DNA of 64,000 nt from a virus (IMGVR_UViG_3300021431_000092:1-64000); one strand, 5' to 3'; shown: positions 28,322 to 39,463, counted from the stretch's first letter. The notes: generated by a model not told the origin, from the letters alone. Numbers and translations are program-made.

Positions 28322-31300
28322 ATGGCACATCAGAGTCCCGATATTAGATTGTTATTTGGTGTTCTTGGCGACGGAGCTGTTGACGGAGCTAGCGGTAAGC
28401 TTATATCGGAGTGTTTACAGCAGATAGCAAATAATCTTGAACCTATTAAGGTTAAAGTTTCTATAGACGAAAATACATTGTCTGATTTTAAGGCGAGACT
28501 TGAATCGATCAGAATAATTACATTTGATATTGCAAATAATCTGAGTAAAAATGGTGTAAAACTTGACGCTAATACGAAGGGGGCAACTGTAGGAGAGGAA
28601 GAAGTATCGTTTCTTAAGGACGATATTACTAAGATGCTTTCTGCGCTTAAACAGATAGAGAGTATCAGACACACTCTTACAGAAACAATGAGAAGCGCCA
28701 CCCCGTTTTCCGGAGATAGCACGGTTGGTGAATATACAAGACAGATAGATAGTATGGTATTTGCTCTTGATAAACTCAGAACGTCCGTTATGATTGATGA
28801 TCTTACGTTTGAAAAATTTGACATGATGATTAAATCTATCGGATGGGATATGCAGGAGACAAAGAATCATCTTAATGAATATATAAGCAGTGCAAAAGAA
28901 GCTTCTGTTTCTTTTGACGTTGACGGTATGACAAAGGCGCTTACTTCGATTGAGAGTCTCTCTCATACATTGCATAACGCAAAGATATCATCCTTTCCGT
29001 TTGGAGAAGTTGGGGAAAATGATAAAGTAGTCTCTGGGTTTGTTATTGAGATTGATAAGTTGAATAAAAGTCTTGATGTTTTACGGGAACGAGTTCGTGA
29101 TGGATCTATTTCGACTTCTGAATTCAAGTCTGAAATGGCAAGAATTAATCTTGAAACAAAGCAAGTGACAAACAGCTTAAGTGAGTATATTAGGGCGTCG
29201 AAACAAACAGATGCATCTTTTGATGAAAGCAAGATATGGCCATCGCTCGACAAGATCGAATCTATAAGGCACGGACTTGAGACTATTAAGATTTCTACCG
29301 CACAATTCAAGGACGACTCTGGTGTACAGAAATATACGGCAGATATTAACGCCTTGAACGAACGCATGACCGATCTCTTACAGCGATTGCTCGACGGTAA
29401 TGTCACAACAAGAGACTTTCAGCTTACTCTTGCGGAGATTGGTAGTGAAGCGAAGAGGACAAAGAATGAGTTGAGCGAGTATGTCGCGGTGCTAAAGCAG
29501 ACATCTACAAGCTATGTTAGAGATGATTCAGCAACATTCGCAGCATCTCTCACCCAAATAGAAACGCTAAGACACACATTAACAAATACGTTGTCGAAAA
29601 CTGTTGGGCTGACAGACGATTCAACTATAGCCGGTTATGAATCTGATATAAACAGACTTATCGGAACTTTAGAGGAATTGAAGAATCACATTACAGTCGA
29701 CAATGTGACAACCGAGCAGTTTAGAACTGTTATTAAAAATGTGGGACTTCAGACAAAAGAGACCAAGAATCGCCTCGAAGAGTACATTCTGGCTAAAAAG
29801 AGAGATGCTGAGTCGAACACGCTTATATTGAAAGACACAAAAGAATATACAGATGCATCTAAACAGATGTCTGATGCAATGAAGAAAATAGTCGATGCTC
29901 AAAAGATGTATAAAGATTCTTTTATGAGCGCGACGAGATCTTCGGATCTTAATGCGCTTAGGCAATACAAACGAGAGATTGACCAGTTATATATTAGTCT
30001 ACAAAACGGTACATTGAGTCAGGAAGAATTTGCAAGTACAATGAAGGCGATATCGTCCAGTGTAGACTCTACGGTTGGATCTCTGTCGACGTATCAGACA
30101 TTTACAGAGAAGCTAAGTTCTCAGATCGGCTCTCTCACTAAAACATTCCTTACTTTCTACACGACACATAGAATACTTATGACCGGAATAAGAGTCATTA
30201 GGGATCTTATCAATCAGTCGATCGAGCTTGAGTCTGCATTTGCTGACGTCAGAATAGTTACTCATGCAACTAATGACGAGCTTGAGAGATATTCAAGAGA
30301 TATTGCTCAGGCGGCGCAAGAGACGAGCACACCGATCGCAGACCTTGTGAGTGCGGCGACCACGTTCTCACGTCTTGGCTATAATCTTGATGAGTCTGCA
30401 ACGCTTGCAAAGTTTACGGGTATGCTTGAGAAGGTCGGTAATGTTGATACGCAGCAAGCGGAAGACGCTGTTACTGCGATTATGAAAGCATTCCCTAAAG
30501 AGGCAGATGTCAATAGCATCGAAAGCATAATGGATAAATTGGTTACAACTGGTAACAATTTCCCAATTTCCGTCCAGCAGATTGCAGAGGGCATGACGAA
30601 CGCATCGTCCGCTATGGCTGCTGCCGGTAACACTTTCGATCAAACGGTTGCTCTTTTGACTGCGGCTAATGCTACCGTTCAGAACGCCTCTAAGTCTTCG
30701 ACAGCACTTCGCACGATTTCCGCTAGAATCAGAAAGACAAAGACTGAACTTGATGATCTTGGAGAGTCGATGACTGAATCGACGTATGACGAGCTCGTTA
30801 GCGCTCTTACTCAGCATCATGTTGCTCTCACGACAATTAATGGGGAGTTTAGATCTACATATGACATTATGAAGGATATCGCCACTCAATGGGACGATAT
30901 GACAAGTATGGAGCAGGCGGCTATTGCAGAGGCTATTGCAGGCACAAGACAACAGACTGTTTTCTACTCTATTGTTGAAAACTTCAAGGAAGCATCCGGC
31001 GCGATGGATTCTATGGCTACGAGTGCTGGAGCGCTATCTGAATCATATGACATTTATTTAGGGACGACACAGGCACATATCCAGCAGTTCCATACGGCGT
31101 GGCAAACTCTTGCAAGAGATGCGGTTGATAGCGACACGACGAAACTTTTTGTTGACACCGGTACTGCACTTCTTAAGGTAGCAGACGGGTTGCAAAGAGT
31201 TCACATGTTAATCCCGACAATTGTATCTGGTTTTAACACGATCAAGGCGATTCAATTCGCAAGAACAATTGCTTCGTCTCAGAAAGCCGTAACTCAGTTT

Positions 31301-34300
31301 GTAACATCTCTTACGGCTCAGCAAACAATCACAAAGAGTCTGGAGCAGGAGTATCTGGCACTTACAGCCGTTGAGCAGAGAGAAACGCTCGCACAACTTT
31401 CCTCTGCCGCTGCTGCCGGAGACGCGGCCGCGCAGCACGCCCTAGAAGCAATGTCTGTTGCGGGTCTTACTACGGCAGAAGAGGTTGCGACCGTTGCAAC
31501 GAACGGGCTCACAGTATCGATCAAAGGTCTCCTTTCGTCTAATCCTCTTGGCTGGATTATGCTTGCGGTGTCTGGTCTTATCATGCTTATTCAGAATATT
31601 AAGGATGCGCAGACTGAAGTTGAGACTTCAGAAGAAACGCTGAGTAGAGTGCATGATGAAATGTCTAAACTTGTATCGGACGCAAATAACGTAGCAAATA
31701 GTTATAGGGATCTGAAGAAGAATGCTGATGATATTATTCCAAGATTTACGGAGCTTGCAAGTGGCGTAGATAACCTTAGAGGGAATGTCAGTTTAACAGA
31801 TGATGAATACGAGGAGTTCTTGGATCTTAATAATCAGATAGCAGATATGCTTCCTAACATTAAAGCAGGATTTGACAATAATGGAGATGCAATCCTTAAT
31901 CTGTCGTATAATGCGGAGGATCTGTCTGATTCACTATGGGAGGCCGTAGAAGCACAGAGGGAACTTGCGAATATTAGCATAGCTGAAAATATGGGCGAGG
32001 CCATTAAGCTTGCGACTGATTCTAGTAATGCATATAAGCAACAGGAAAAAGATGCAATGGAATCTCTTGCTTATATGATAAAGCTTCAAGAATCAATTAA
32101 AAGCGGGTCTGCGTCGTTCGATTTTGACGACGGTCAGTATAAGAGGTTCATCGAGAAAATCAGTAAATTTGCTCCTGACATAGAGAGTTTCGACAAGAGC
32201 ATGCGCGATGTCTTCGGAAATTATATGCAAGGCCTTCAGTCTGGCTATATCAATCATATGAACGAAGAAGAGGTAGCGAGGGAGTTTGATAAGCTAGAGA
32301 ATAGCTTTGACTCTGTTATTAAGAGAATTCAGGCAGAACTCCATAATGTTAGACAGCAATCTGATAACGACAGTAATTGGGATTTCGTATCTCAGACGGC
32401 AATGGCATATGTGCAGACACAGCTTGCATATTTAAGATCCGACGATACAATACAGAAGGCCATTGACGAAATAGTATCTGGCATTAATTTCTCAGAAATC
32501 GGAGCAGAGACCTCTGGCGATGTTACTGCATACCTGACTGATAATGTTTTAAGCCCTATCGAAAGCATGGGCAAGGAAGCAAAAGATATACTATCATCTA
32601 CGCTTAATATTAAGAATCTCTTTTATTCTGGTTCTTCGAGTGTCTCCATGATGACAACGGCTATAAACGAACTTAATGATGGTCTTCATAAGGCCGGTGT
32701 AGAATCAAACACAATAAAAACAATTATGTCTCTGTTTGGATTTGACAGCATCACGACTAAACTCGACGACATCCGTAGGCTTCTTATTGACGACACAGAC
32801 GAGGCCGAAGAATTTCTTCTCACTCTTACCGGACAAGATATAGAACTTGTGTACAAAATTCTTAATGAAAATGGAAGCATGAGTTTCGAAGATCTGAAGT
32901 TAGCTCTTGATGAGATGAAGAAGTCCGTAAGTGAAATTGGTGAAGAGATTGACGAGTCATTTGTTATCCCAGATGATTTCTCAGAATTTTTCGACAATAT
33001 TGGTAAGGCAACTAAGAAAATTGACTCTATTACATCTGCGATGGAAAAGCTTCAGAAGGGTACAAATTTGACAACAAAAGAACTTATCAATATGGCAGAA
33101 CAGTACCCAGAACTTCTTCGACAGGCCAACTTGTTTACAGATAAAAGTGCAGAGGGTAGAAAAAGGCTCTTAAATGTGATGCTCGAAGCGTCCCGTAAGG
33201 AATATGAGGATCAGATTAATAAAAAGGTAGCAGAACTTAACCTTGACCTCGAAGCTGTAAAGAAACAGATTGAGCTTGAAAAGAGTAAGCAGAAGTTACG
33301 AATGGAGATATATACAAAATATATTGCCGGAGAAATTGATCTTACTACAAAGGGTGTCAGGCAGGTTCAATATCTTCAGGCGCTTGCTAGCCAAGATTAC
33401 GCTCGTCTAAAAGAGGGCGAAGTCGAGGTCAACAGAGGAGCTCTTAAGAGATCTAACGAAAACACATATGGTCTCTTACAGACTGCTGTTGAAAGAATCT
33501 GGAGCCCATACGCAACTGATGTCGGTCAGTTGTATATAGCGATGGGTCGAGCCGGAATCCAGTCAACAGGAGAATATGTGTCGGCTACAAATCAGATGCT
33601 CCAAGCGCTCGGATGGAATATGACGCAATCAATTTATAACAACATTACCGATCCGAATGTAAGAAGTGCCATTGAAAGCGCGGCTATATCTGCATATGCG
33701 AATCTAAACGACATATCTGTCATTGACTGGATGAATAATTATAACTCTGTTTATAATCAAAACAGTGTTATACTCCGTAATTTTTCAGGATCGCTTTCAG
33801 ATCTAACAAGCGGATATTCGTCTGTTGGTGACTGGTATACTCAATCTTCCATTGACTCAGGAAGGATAATTGAAGATCTTGAAAGAGAAGCCGATTACAT
33901 TAAGAATCAGATTAATAATCTGAACGGTATGAAGGATTCTATCGACCAAGATATTAGTGACATCGAAAAGATCCAGAATAAATCTGAAAGCGAATTGAAC
34001 AATAAATCGAACAATAACGCCAGCGATCCAACAAACAATAAAAAAGAATCGAATCCTCTTCTGGACGAATTCAATGCGTGGTATAAACTTCAGAAACACC
34101 TTCAGGAGATGGGAGACCCAAGTTTTGATATCGCAAGATTTATTGCCGAGCTTGAGGCGAGAGTCAACAGTCTTAAAGCAAAGCAGGCAATGACCGCAGA
34201 GGACGCTTATAAGTACGAGGAAGAAATCGCGAAGGCCGCAAAGAAGTTTGAAGACGATGCAAAAGACGCTCTCGACAATGTTGTTAAGTATAGAATGAAG

Positions 34301-35293
34301 ATCATCGAAGAACAACGTAAGAAGGAACGAGACATCCTCAATGACAGACTTGAAGAGCTTCGTAAGTTCTATGATGAGCAAAAAAAGATGCTCAGAGAAC
34401 AATATGAAGAAGAACAATATTTGAAAGAGCAGTCGGAAAAGAGAAAGGCAGCTTCTGATATTCAAACTCAAATTGACCAACTTAGAAGCGATAACTCTGC
34501 TTGGGCTCTTAAGAAGATCGAAGAACTTAAGGTTAAGTTGAGAGATGCGAATGAAGACCTTGATGAATTTGAGAGAGAGCACGCTCTTGATGAGACGGAA
34601 AAATTCTTAGACGATGAGTATGAGAGTCAGGCAAAAGAAATACAGGACGCCATAGACAAAATCGATAAGACATTAAACGACCCTAAGGCGATTTACAATA
34701 TTGCGCTTGCTGAAATTAAGAGCAACTCTTCGGATATTTATGACGAGATGCGTGAGTACGGAGAGAAGAACGGTGACGGCATCACAAATGAGGCTGCGGA
34801 GCTTATTAAAGAGCTTGCAGACGCCATTAGGGATTACGAGAATTATCAACATGATCGTATGCTCATAGTCAACGGAAAAGACACTTCGTATGGCGGGTAC
34901 GACGGTATGTCTCCACCAAAAGGATACGCATCTGGTACGAAGAATGCAATTCCGGGTCTTCACCTTGTCAATGAATTTGGCGACGAGGCGATATTCAAAT
35001 CTTCCAACGGCAACAAATACAGAATGTTTTCTGGTGGAGAAAAGGTATTAAATGCGAGGGCAACAGACTTCTTGTATGCGTTTGCGGACGCTGGTAGCAA
35101 GTTGTCTGGCTCTGATATGGCCGGTGCAAATACTGTTCGCGGAATTATAAACCCGTTTAGTACAGGCGCTATTCATATGGGCGATATCATCATAAATGGA
35201 AACGCAGATAATGCAACCGTTTCTGAGATAAGAAGAGCTCAGCGTGAGAGCATAAATATCTTGCTCAAGGAGTTTAGAAAACTCAAAATATAA
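28322..35293 (+). CDS. Tail tape measure protein (TP901-family core)
   Basis: About 2320 aa; core IELESAFADVRIV..ATTFSRLGY..GNNFPIS..STALRTISARI; NPLGWIMLAV hydrophobic segment; coiled coil; C-terminal GYASGT and IHMGDIIINGNAD. Confidence 0.92.
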   Translation: MAHQSPDIRLLFGVLGDGAVDGASGKLISECLQQIANNLEPIKVKVSIDENTLSDFKARLESIRIITFDIANNLSKNGVKLDANTKGATVGEEEVSFLKDDITKMLSALKQIESIRHTLTETMRSATPFSGDSTVGEYTRQIDSMVFALDKLRTSVMIDDLTFEKFDMMIKSIGWDMQETKNHLNEYISSAKEASVSFDVDGMTKALTSIESLSHTLHNAKISSFPFGEVGENDKVVSGFVIEIDKLNKSLDVLRERVRDGSISTSEFKSEMARINLETKQVTNSLSEYIRASKQTDASFDESKIWPSLDKIESIRHGLETIKISTAQFKDDSGVQKYTADINALNERMTDLLQRLLDGNVTTRDFQLTLAEIGSEAKRTKNELSEYVAVLKQTSTSYVRDDSATFAASLTQIETLRHTLTNTLSKTVGLTDDSTIAGYESDINRLIGTLEELKNHITVDNVTTEQFRTVIKNVGLQTKETKNRLEEYILAKKRDAESNTLILKDTKEYTDASKQMSDAMKKIVDAQKMYKDSFMSATRSSDLNALRQYKREIDQLYISLQNGTLSQEEFASTMKAISSSVDSTVGSLSTYQTFTEKLSSQIGSLTKTFLTFYTTHRILMTGIRVIRDLINQSIELESAFADVRIVTHATNDELERYSRDIAQAAQETSTPIADLVSAATTFSRLGYNLDESATLAKFTGMLEKVGNVDTQQAEDAVTAIMKAFPKEADVNSIESIMDKLVTTGNNFPISVQQIAEGMTNASSAMAAAGNTFDQTVALLTAANATVQNASKSSTALRTISARIRKTKTELDDLGESMTESTYDELVSALTQHHVALTTINGEFRSTYDIMKDIATQWDDMTSMEQAAIAEAIAGTRQQTVFYSIVENFKEASGAMDSMATSAGALSESYDIYLGTTQAHIQQFHTAWQTLARDAVDSDTTKLFVDTGTALLKVADGLQRVHMLIPTIVSGFNTIKAIQFARTIASSQKAVTQFVTSLTAQQTITKSLEQEYLALTAVEQRETLAQLSSAAAAGDAAAQHALEAMSVAGLTTAEEVATVATNGLTVSIKGLLSSNPLGWIMLAVSGLIMLIQNIKDAQTEVETSEETLSRVHDEMSKLVSDANNVANSYRDLKKNADDIIPRFTELASGVDNLRGNVSLTDDEYEEFLDLNNQIADMLPNIKAGFDNNGDAILNLSYNAEDLSDSLWEAVEAQRELANISIAENMGEAIKLATDSSNAYKQQEKDAMESLAYMIKLQESIKSGSASFDFDDGQYKRFIEKISKFAPDIESFDKSMRDVFGNYMQGLQSGYINHMNEEEVAREFDKLENSFDSVIKRIQAELHNVRQQSDNDSNWDFVSQTAMAYVQTQLAYLRSDDTIQKAIDEIVSGINFSEIGAETSGDVTAYLTDNVLSPIESMGKEAKDILSSTLNIKNLFYSGSSSVSMMTTAINELNDGLHKAGVESNTIKTIMSLFGFDSITTKLDDIRRLLIDDTDEAEEFLLTLTGQDIELVYKILNENGSMSFEDLKLALDEMKKSVSEIGEEIDESFVIPDDFSEFFDNIGKATKKIDSITSAMEKLQKGTNLTTKELINMAEQYPELLRQANLFTDKSAEGRKRLLNVMLEASRKEYEDQINKKVAELNLDLEAVKKQIELEKSKQKLRMEIYTKYIAGEIDLTTKGVRQVQYLQALASQDYARLKEGEVEVNRGALKRSNENTYGLLQTAVERIWSPYATDVGQLYIAMGRAGIQSTGEYVSATNQMLQALGWNMTQSIYNNITDPNVRSAIESAAISAYANLNDISVIDWMNNYNSVYNQNSVILRNFSGSLSDLTSGYSSVGDWYTQSSIDSGRIIEDLEREADYIKNQINNLNGMKDSIDQDISDIEKIQNKSESELNNKSNNNASDPTNNKKESNPLLDEFNAWYKLQKHLQEMGDPSFDIARFIAELEARVNSLKAKQAMTAEDAYKYEEEIAKAAKKFEDDAKDALDNVVKYRMKIIEEQRKKERDILNDRLEELRKFYDEQKKMLREQYEEEQYLKEQSEKRKAASDIQTQIDQLRSDNSAWALKKIEELKVKLRDANEDLDEFEREHALDETEKFLDDEYESQAKEIQDAIDKIDKTLNDPKAIYNIALAEIKSNSSDIYDEMREYGEKNGDGITNEAAELIKELADAIRDYENYQHDRMLIVNGKDTSYGGYDGMSPPKGYASGTKNAIPGLHLVNEFGDEAIFKSSNGNKYRMFSGGEKVLNARATDFLYAFADAGSKLSGSDMAGANTVRGIINPFSTGAIHMGDIIINGNADNATVSEIRRAQRESINILLKEFRKLKI

Positions 35294-35297
35294 ATTC

Positions 35298-35321
35298 GTG
35301 CTGCGGTGAAAGCCGCAGCAC
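35298..35321 (+). terminator. GC-rich stem-loop between the tape measure and Dit genes
   Basis: GTGCTGCGG-TGAAAG-CCGCAGCAC; no U-tract. Confidence 0.45.
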
Positions 35322-35338
35322 ACAATGAGGTGATATGA

Positions 35339-36538
35339 ATGAATTTGTGCGAATGCCATTTTACATATAATAACACCGATTCTCGTAAGTATAACCTGAT
35401 AATTGCGAACATAGAAACAGAAATGTTCAGACCTATTGTTGGAGTGAAAAAGGGGAATTATTATTATAATAAAGCGAGCAAATCAAGATGCCTTATTGGC
35501 GACGACTATAGCGATACGTCTCTTGAGATCGAGATAGAGATAGTAACGTGTGATGCGTTGCCGCTCAAACAAAAGGAAATAAGAGAGGTTGAACGGTGGT
35601 TATTCACAAATAGTATTTTTAGAAAGCTGTATATTGACATGGATGACGATTATTTCGGCGAAATGTATGAACTTGTATACGGCGTTCAAAAAAGACTTTA
35701 TTTCAATTGCAGGTTTATGTCTCCGACAAAAATATATGGAAATGGCGGAATCATTGGGTTCAAATGTACATTAGAAACCGATAGCATGATGCTTTGGCAA
35801 GATCCTATCATCCATGCGTTTGACGTAAATAAGGATCCAATCACTATAAACGATGGTGGAGAGACTAGAAAAATACTTCTCGGAGATATTAATATGAACG
35901 GTCGTATTGAGGCAATCGACGCGCAGAACATCCTTACGGTATATTTGTATATAATGATGCATGAAGGAGAACCGGATTATGATCCGTGGGTAACACCAAG
36001 ATATGCGTTCGATCCGCCACTAAGTAAATATCAGTTGATAGCGTGTGATATGGATTATACATCCGAAGACTATGATAATGATACTCCGCCAAACGTACAG
36101 GCAAGCGACGCTCAAAGAGCATTGAGTTTATTCCTTTGCGACGTACTATCAGATCCGGTTCCAATGAGCACAATTATTATACTGGATGATGGTAGCATTG
36201 TGATTGTCGATGAGGGCACGAAGGTGATTGATATACCTGTCGATACGGATCTTGATGGGTATACATATCCTGAAATTACGCTCATCACAGGAAAGACTGG
36301 TGGAGATATAGAGATTACAAATCTCAATGATAACAGGGATAGGGTTACTAAATTTGTAAATATTCCACCGTATTCCAGAGTTGTTATTGATAGTTCTATA
36401 AGCAGGGTCTCGGATGGTCTTTATGAACAAATGACAAAGAAGAATTTTCCGAGACTGATATCTGGAGAAAATAAATTTGCAATCAACGGGGATGTAACAA
36501 CGATGAGTGTGTCGTGGCAAAATAGAAGATTCTTATGA
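35339..36538 (+). CDS. Distal tail protein (Dit) with an inserted dockerin-like domain
   Basis: Follows the tape measure gene; Dit-type FTYNNTDS..YNLII, REVERWL, YPEITL, NFPRLISGENKF; insert GDINMNGRIEAIDAQNIL...QLIACDMD...VQASDAQRAL. Confidence 0.82.
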   Translation: MNLCECHFTYNNTDSRKYNLIIANIETEMFRPIVGVKKGNYYYNKASKSRCLIGDDYSDTSLEIEIEIVTCDALPLKQKEIREVERWLFTNSIFRKLYIDMDDDYFGEMYELVYGVQKRLYFNCRFMSPTKIYGNGGIIGFKCTLETDSMMLWQDPIIHAFDVNKDPITINDGGETRKILLGDINMNGRIEAIDAQNILTVYLYIMMHEGEPDYDPWVTPRYAFDPPLSKYQLIACDMDYTSEDYDNDTPPNVQASDAQRALSLFLCDVLSDPVPMSTIIILDDGSIVIVDEGTKVIDIPVDTDLDGYTYPEITLITGKTGGDIEITNLNDNRDRVTKFVNIPPYSRVVIDSSISRVSDGLYEQMTKKNFPRLISGENKFAINGDVTTMSVSWQNRRFL

Positions 36539-38256
36539 TAGGAGGTGTTCCCGTGAAAATTGCTTTTGACAAGTTTGATAATTACGAAACTCCGGAATTA
36601 ATATTATGTAATCCCGGATCAACGTATTCCGAAACGGGAATATCTCATGCTCTTTACACAATTAGTCAGGTTTCAGACCTTGAGGTTATCTTGAACTTCA
36701 ACTCTATTAGCACTGTATCTTTTCGTGTGTACTTAACAAAAACAGACAATGCTGATAATAATAATTACGTAGAGGAAGTATTTAACAGCATCCAGAAACG
36801 TAGATATATATTCATTCAAGATATAGGTTATTTTCAAATATCTGATGTATCTGAAGAAATAGATTTTGAAAACGCATCCTATAAGGACGTTACCGCCACA
36901 TCTTGTGAGGTTGAGTTTTCAAACAGATCAGCTCCGTACATCCCTGTACCACCTGATATTGGATTTGTAACCGTACCGCTTGTGACAGACACAGATACAC
37001 AAACGAGAGGTCTGGTAGACATCATTCTGGATAAACTTCCTATGTGGAGCTTAGGGTATGTTGATGAGGATCTGAATGGCTTATATAGATCATTTGAAGA
37101 TATTGACATAGAACAAAGCGCATATGATTTCATGACAGATGAACTACAAGAAGCATATGAGTGTGTGTTTGTGTTTGATATATTAAATCGTGTTGTAGAC
37201 ATTTATTCAATGAAAAATTACAACAACAAAACGGATATACATCTGACAATAAACGATGTCGTTTCTCATATTAAAATAACAGAAAGTGCTGATGGAATAT
37301 ACACAGCGCTTTCCGTAAGAGGAGAAGATGATATAGCAATATCAGCAATAAACCCTCTTGGCGGCAGTGTTATATATAGATTCGATTATTATACAGACTG
37401 GATGTCTGATGGTCTCGGAGAAAAGGTGCTGCAATGGGAAGACGATGTAAGGTCTAACGCCGAAGCATATTATCAGGCGAGAGTTGAATATACAAAGGCG
37501 AGGATGAAAGTAATTGAACACCAACAGGAACTTAGTAGACTTAATATCCAGCTCGGCCTTTACAACGAATGCAGGCAGAATATCGTAGAGACACAAGATA
37601 CGTCTTGTGTAATTGCATATGATGAGGAGATATCTACGGCGGGCGGAGAGCTTATAATAATATCAAGTAATGTACAGCAGACCCTTAATGATATTGACAG
37701 AATAGTATCGGAGTTACAAGATGATATAAGCGACACTCAGGCTCTTATCGCTGGTTCGTTTGCGGATGCTACCAGATACAATAACGAGATGACATACATC
37801 AGCGATCTGGTATCTATGGCTAATTACTTCACAGAGAGCGAGTACAACGAACTGTCGAATTATATTTTCGAGGGCGTTTATACAGATGAAAATGCGATCA
37901 TTACAGACTTGATGAATCACGAAGAACAGCTTGCTGTAATGTATGATATGTATTCTCGTGGGCTTAATAAATTGACGAATATTTCAGAGCCTGTATATGA
38001 GTTTACAGTTGATACAAACAGTTTCATTTTTTCAAAAGTATTTGAAGAGCTAACAGAACAACTTGAGACAGGTTGCCTAATTAATGTCGAAATAAAGAGA
38101 GATAAAATCGAACTTTTATTCCTCACATCTATTGAGGTGAACTACGAAGAGGGCACCTCATCACTGACATTTGGCAACCACCTGAGTAAATTCGATCCGA
38201 GAACACTGTTCAAAAGCGTTTTCGAAGGAGTCTCAGGTTCTGTTGCAACAATATAA
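36535..38256 (+). CDS. Baseplate hub / Tal-like tail protein with coiled coil
   Basis: Follows Dit; WSLGYVD, YECVFVFD, INPLGGSVIYRFDYY; C-terminal LTFGN. Confidence 0.7.
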   Translation: MIGGVPVKIAFDKFDNYETPELILCNPGSTYSETGISHALYTISQVSDLEVILNFNSISTVSFRVYLTKTDNADNNNYVEEVFNSIQKRRYIFIQDIGYFQISDVSEEIDFENASYKDVTATSCEVEFSNRSAPYIPVPPDIGFVTVPLVTDTDTQTRGLVDIILDKLPMWSLGYVDEDLNGLYRSFEDIDIEQSAYDFMTDELQEAYECVFVFDILNRVVDIYSMKNYNNKTDIHLTINDVVSHIKITESADGIYTALSVRGEDDIAISAINPLGGSVIYRFDYYTDWMSDGLGEKVLQWEDDVRSNAEAYYQARVEYTKARMKVIEHQQELSRLNIQLGLYNECRQNIVETQDTSCVIAYDEEISTAGGELIIISSNVQQTLNDIDRIVSELQDDISDTQALIAGSFADATRYNNEMTYISDLVSMANYFTESEYNELSNYIFEGVYTDENAIITDLMNHEEQLAVMYDMYSRGLNKLTNISEPVYEFTVDTNSFIFSKVFEELTEQLETGCLINVEIKRDKIELLFLTSIEVNYEEGTSSLTFGNHLSKFDPRTLFKSVFEGVSGSVATI

Positions 38257-38265
38257 AGAATCGAG

Positions 38266-38820
38266 GTGTGTGTTTTGGCTAAGTACACTTTATATGATAA
38301 GAATGGAGATTTACTTGAGCGTCTTTATCAGTGGGATTTAGACAGGGTTGTGGCAGTGTCAAATGTAACTGCATGGAGTGGCGCGACTGTATTTATCCAG
38401 TTTGGAAACAGAAAGGTAGACGAAACTATTATAGTAGAACCTACATTGTCAGATGGTAAATACATTGCGAACATCCCGAACTCTCTTTTATCCTATGCCG
38501 AAAATCTTAATGTGTATATTTCTCAAAGAACACAATCGGGAGAAACGCTCGTCATTGATGAGATCAGAATTCCTGTTGTGCCGAAGAATATGCCAAGTGA
38601 TTATATTTATGTCCCGAATACAGAGGATATCTCAGTTCCCAATGGTCTTATTCTTGACGGGGAAATGTTGTATCTTTCTCGTAACGGCAGAAGAATTGGC
38701 GATGGGGTTTCGATTTCCGGTGGAGAGTCTGGCGGAATAGGCATTGGCTCTGCAATCTTGGTGGCAGCAGGAAGCGGTAACCATGACACGGGAGTAATTT
38801 CAAGTTGGGAGAGTGTTTAA
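38266..38820 (+). CDS. Putative upper baseplate (BppU-like) protein
   Basis: LYQWDLDR..ANIPNSLL..IPVVPKNMPSDY pattern; position. Confidence 0.55.
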   Translation: MCVLAKYTLYDKNGDLLERLYQWDLDRVVAVSNVTAWSGATVFIQFGNRKVDETIIVEPTLSDGKYIANIPNSLLSYAENLNVYISQRTQSGETLVIDEIRIPVVPKNMPSDYIYVPNTEDISVPNGLILDGEMLYLSRNGRRIGDGVSISGGESGGIGIGSAILVAAGSGNHDTGVISSWESV

Positions 38821-39463
38821 CATGGCAATCACAAAAACATTTATCGGTATGGATTTCGATTTGTGGAAAGCGTTTCTGGATGACTCCGGTATGTTTTCAT
38901 CGGTCGCAAAAGTTGATTCAGGCGGGGTTGTAACTCTAACATGCAATGACGAAAACGGTAACGCCGTTCTGACTATCTCAAAAACTGCTGCTGCAACTGT
39001 GGCTTTCAAAGCACGCACAACAGGCGGGCACGAAGTAACGCCGGCATCGTATACCCTATCTGCTAACTATGATACTAATTACGGATATAAGTGCGCGAAC
39101 GGAATTATGATCGGGATGAAGTCAAACAATGCCGAATTGTTTTCTGTTCTCATTGTTCGAAATAACAGCGGCGCATTGACGTTCGTCCTGCCCAATTCAA
39201 CTGCAAGCAGAACTTCTTTTTACTGTGTGACATACGAAGACACTTATCCGGTTCATTCATATGTAATCGGTAATAATAATTCAAACCAAACACAGATCGT
39301 TTCGTTCGTTACAAATGCGCCTGCTGGAACGATATCTTATACGCCGGATGCGTTCTATATTCCGTTTAGAGAGTATGCGGGAGGAGGTTATGCTAAGTTT
39401 ACAATGAACGGCAAGATGTATATGACAGACGGGTATTGGGCTGTAAGAGATTCGGATACATAA
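38813..39463 (+). CDS. Hypothetical tail/baseplate protein
   Basis: Beta-rich 216-aa ORF in the tail module. Confidence 0.6.
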   Translation: MFNMAITKTFIGMDFDLWKAFLDDSGMFSSVAKVDSGGVVTLTCNDENGNAVLTISKTAAATVAFKARTTGGHEVTPASYTLSANYDTNYGYKCANGIMIGMKSNNAELFSVLIVRNNSGALTFVLPNSTASRTSFYCVTYEDTYPVHSYVIGNNNSNQTQIVSFVTNAPAGTISYTPDAFYIPFREYAGGGYAKFTMNGKMYMTDGYWAVRDSDT

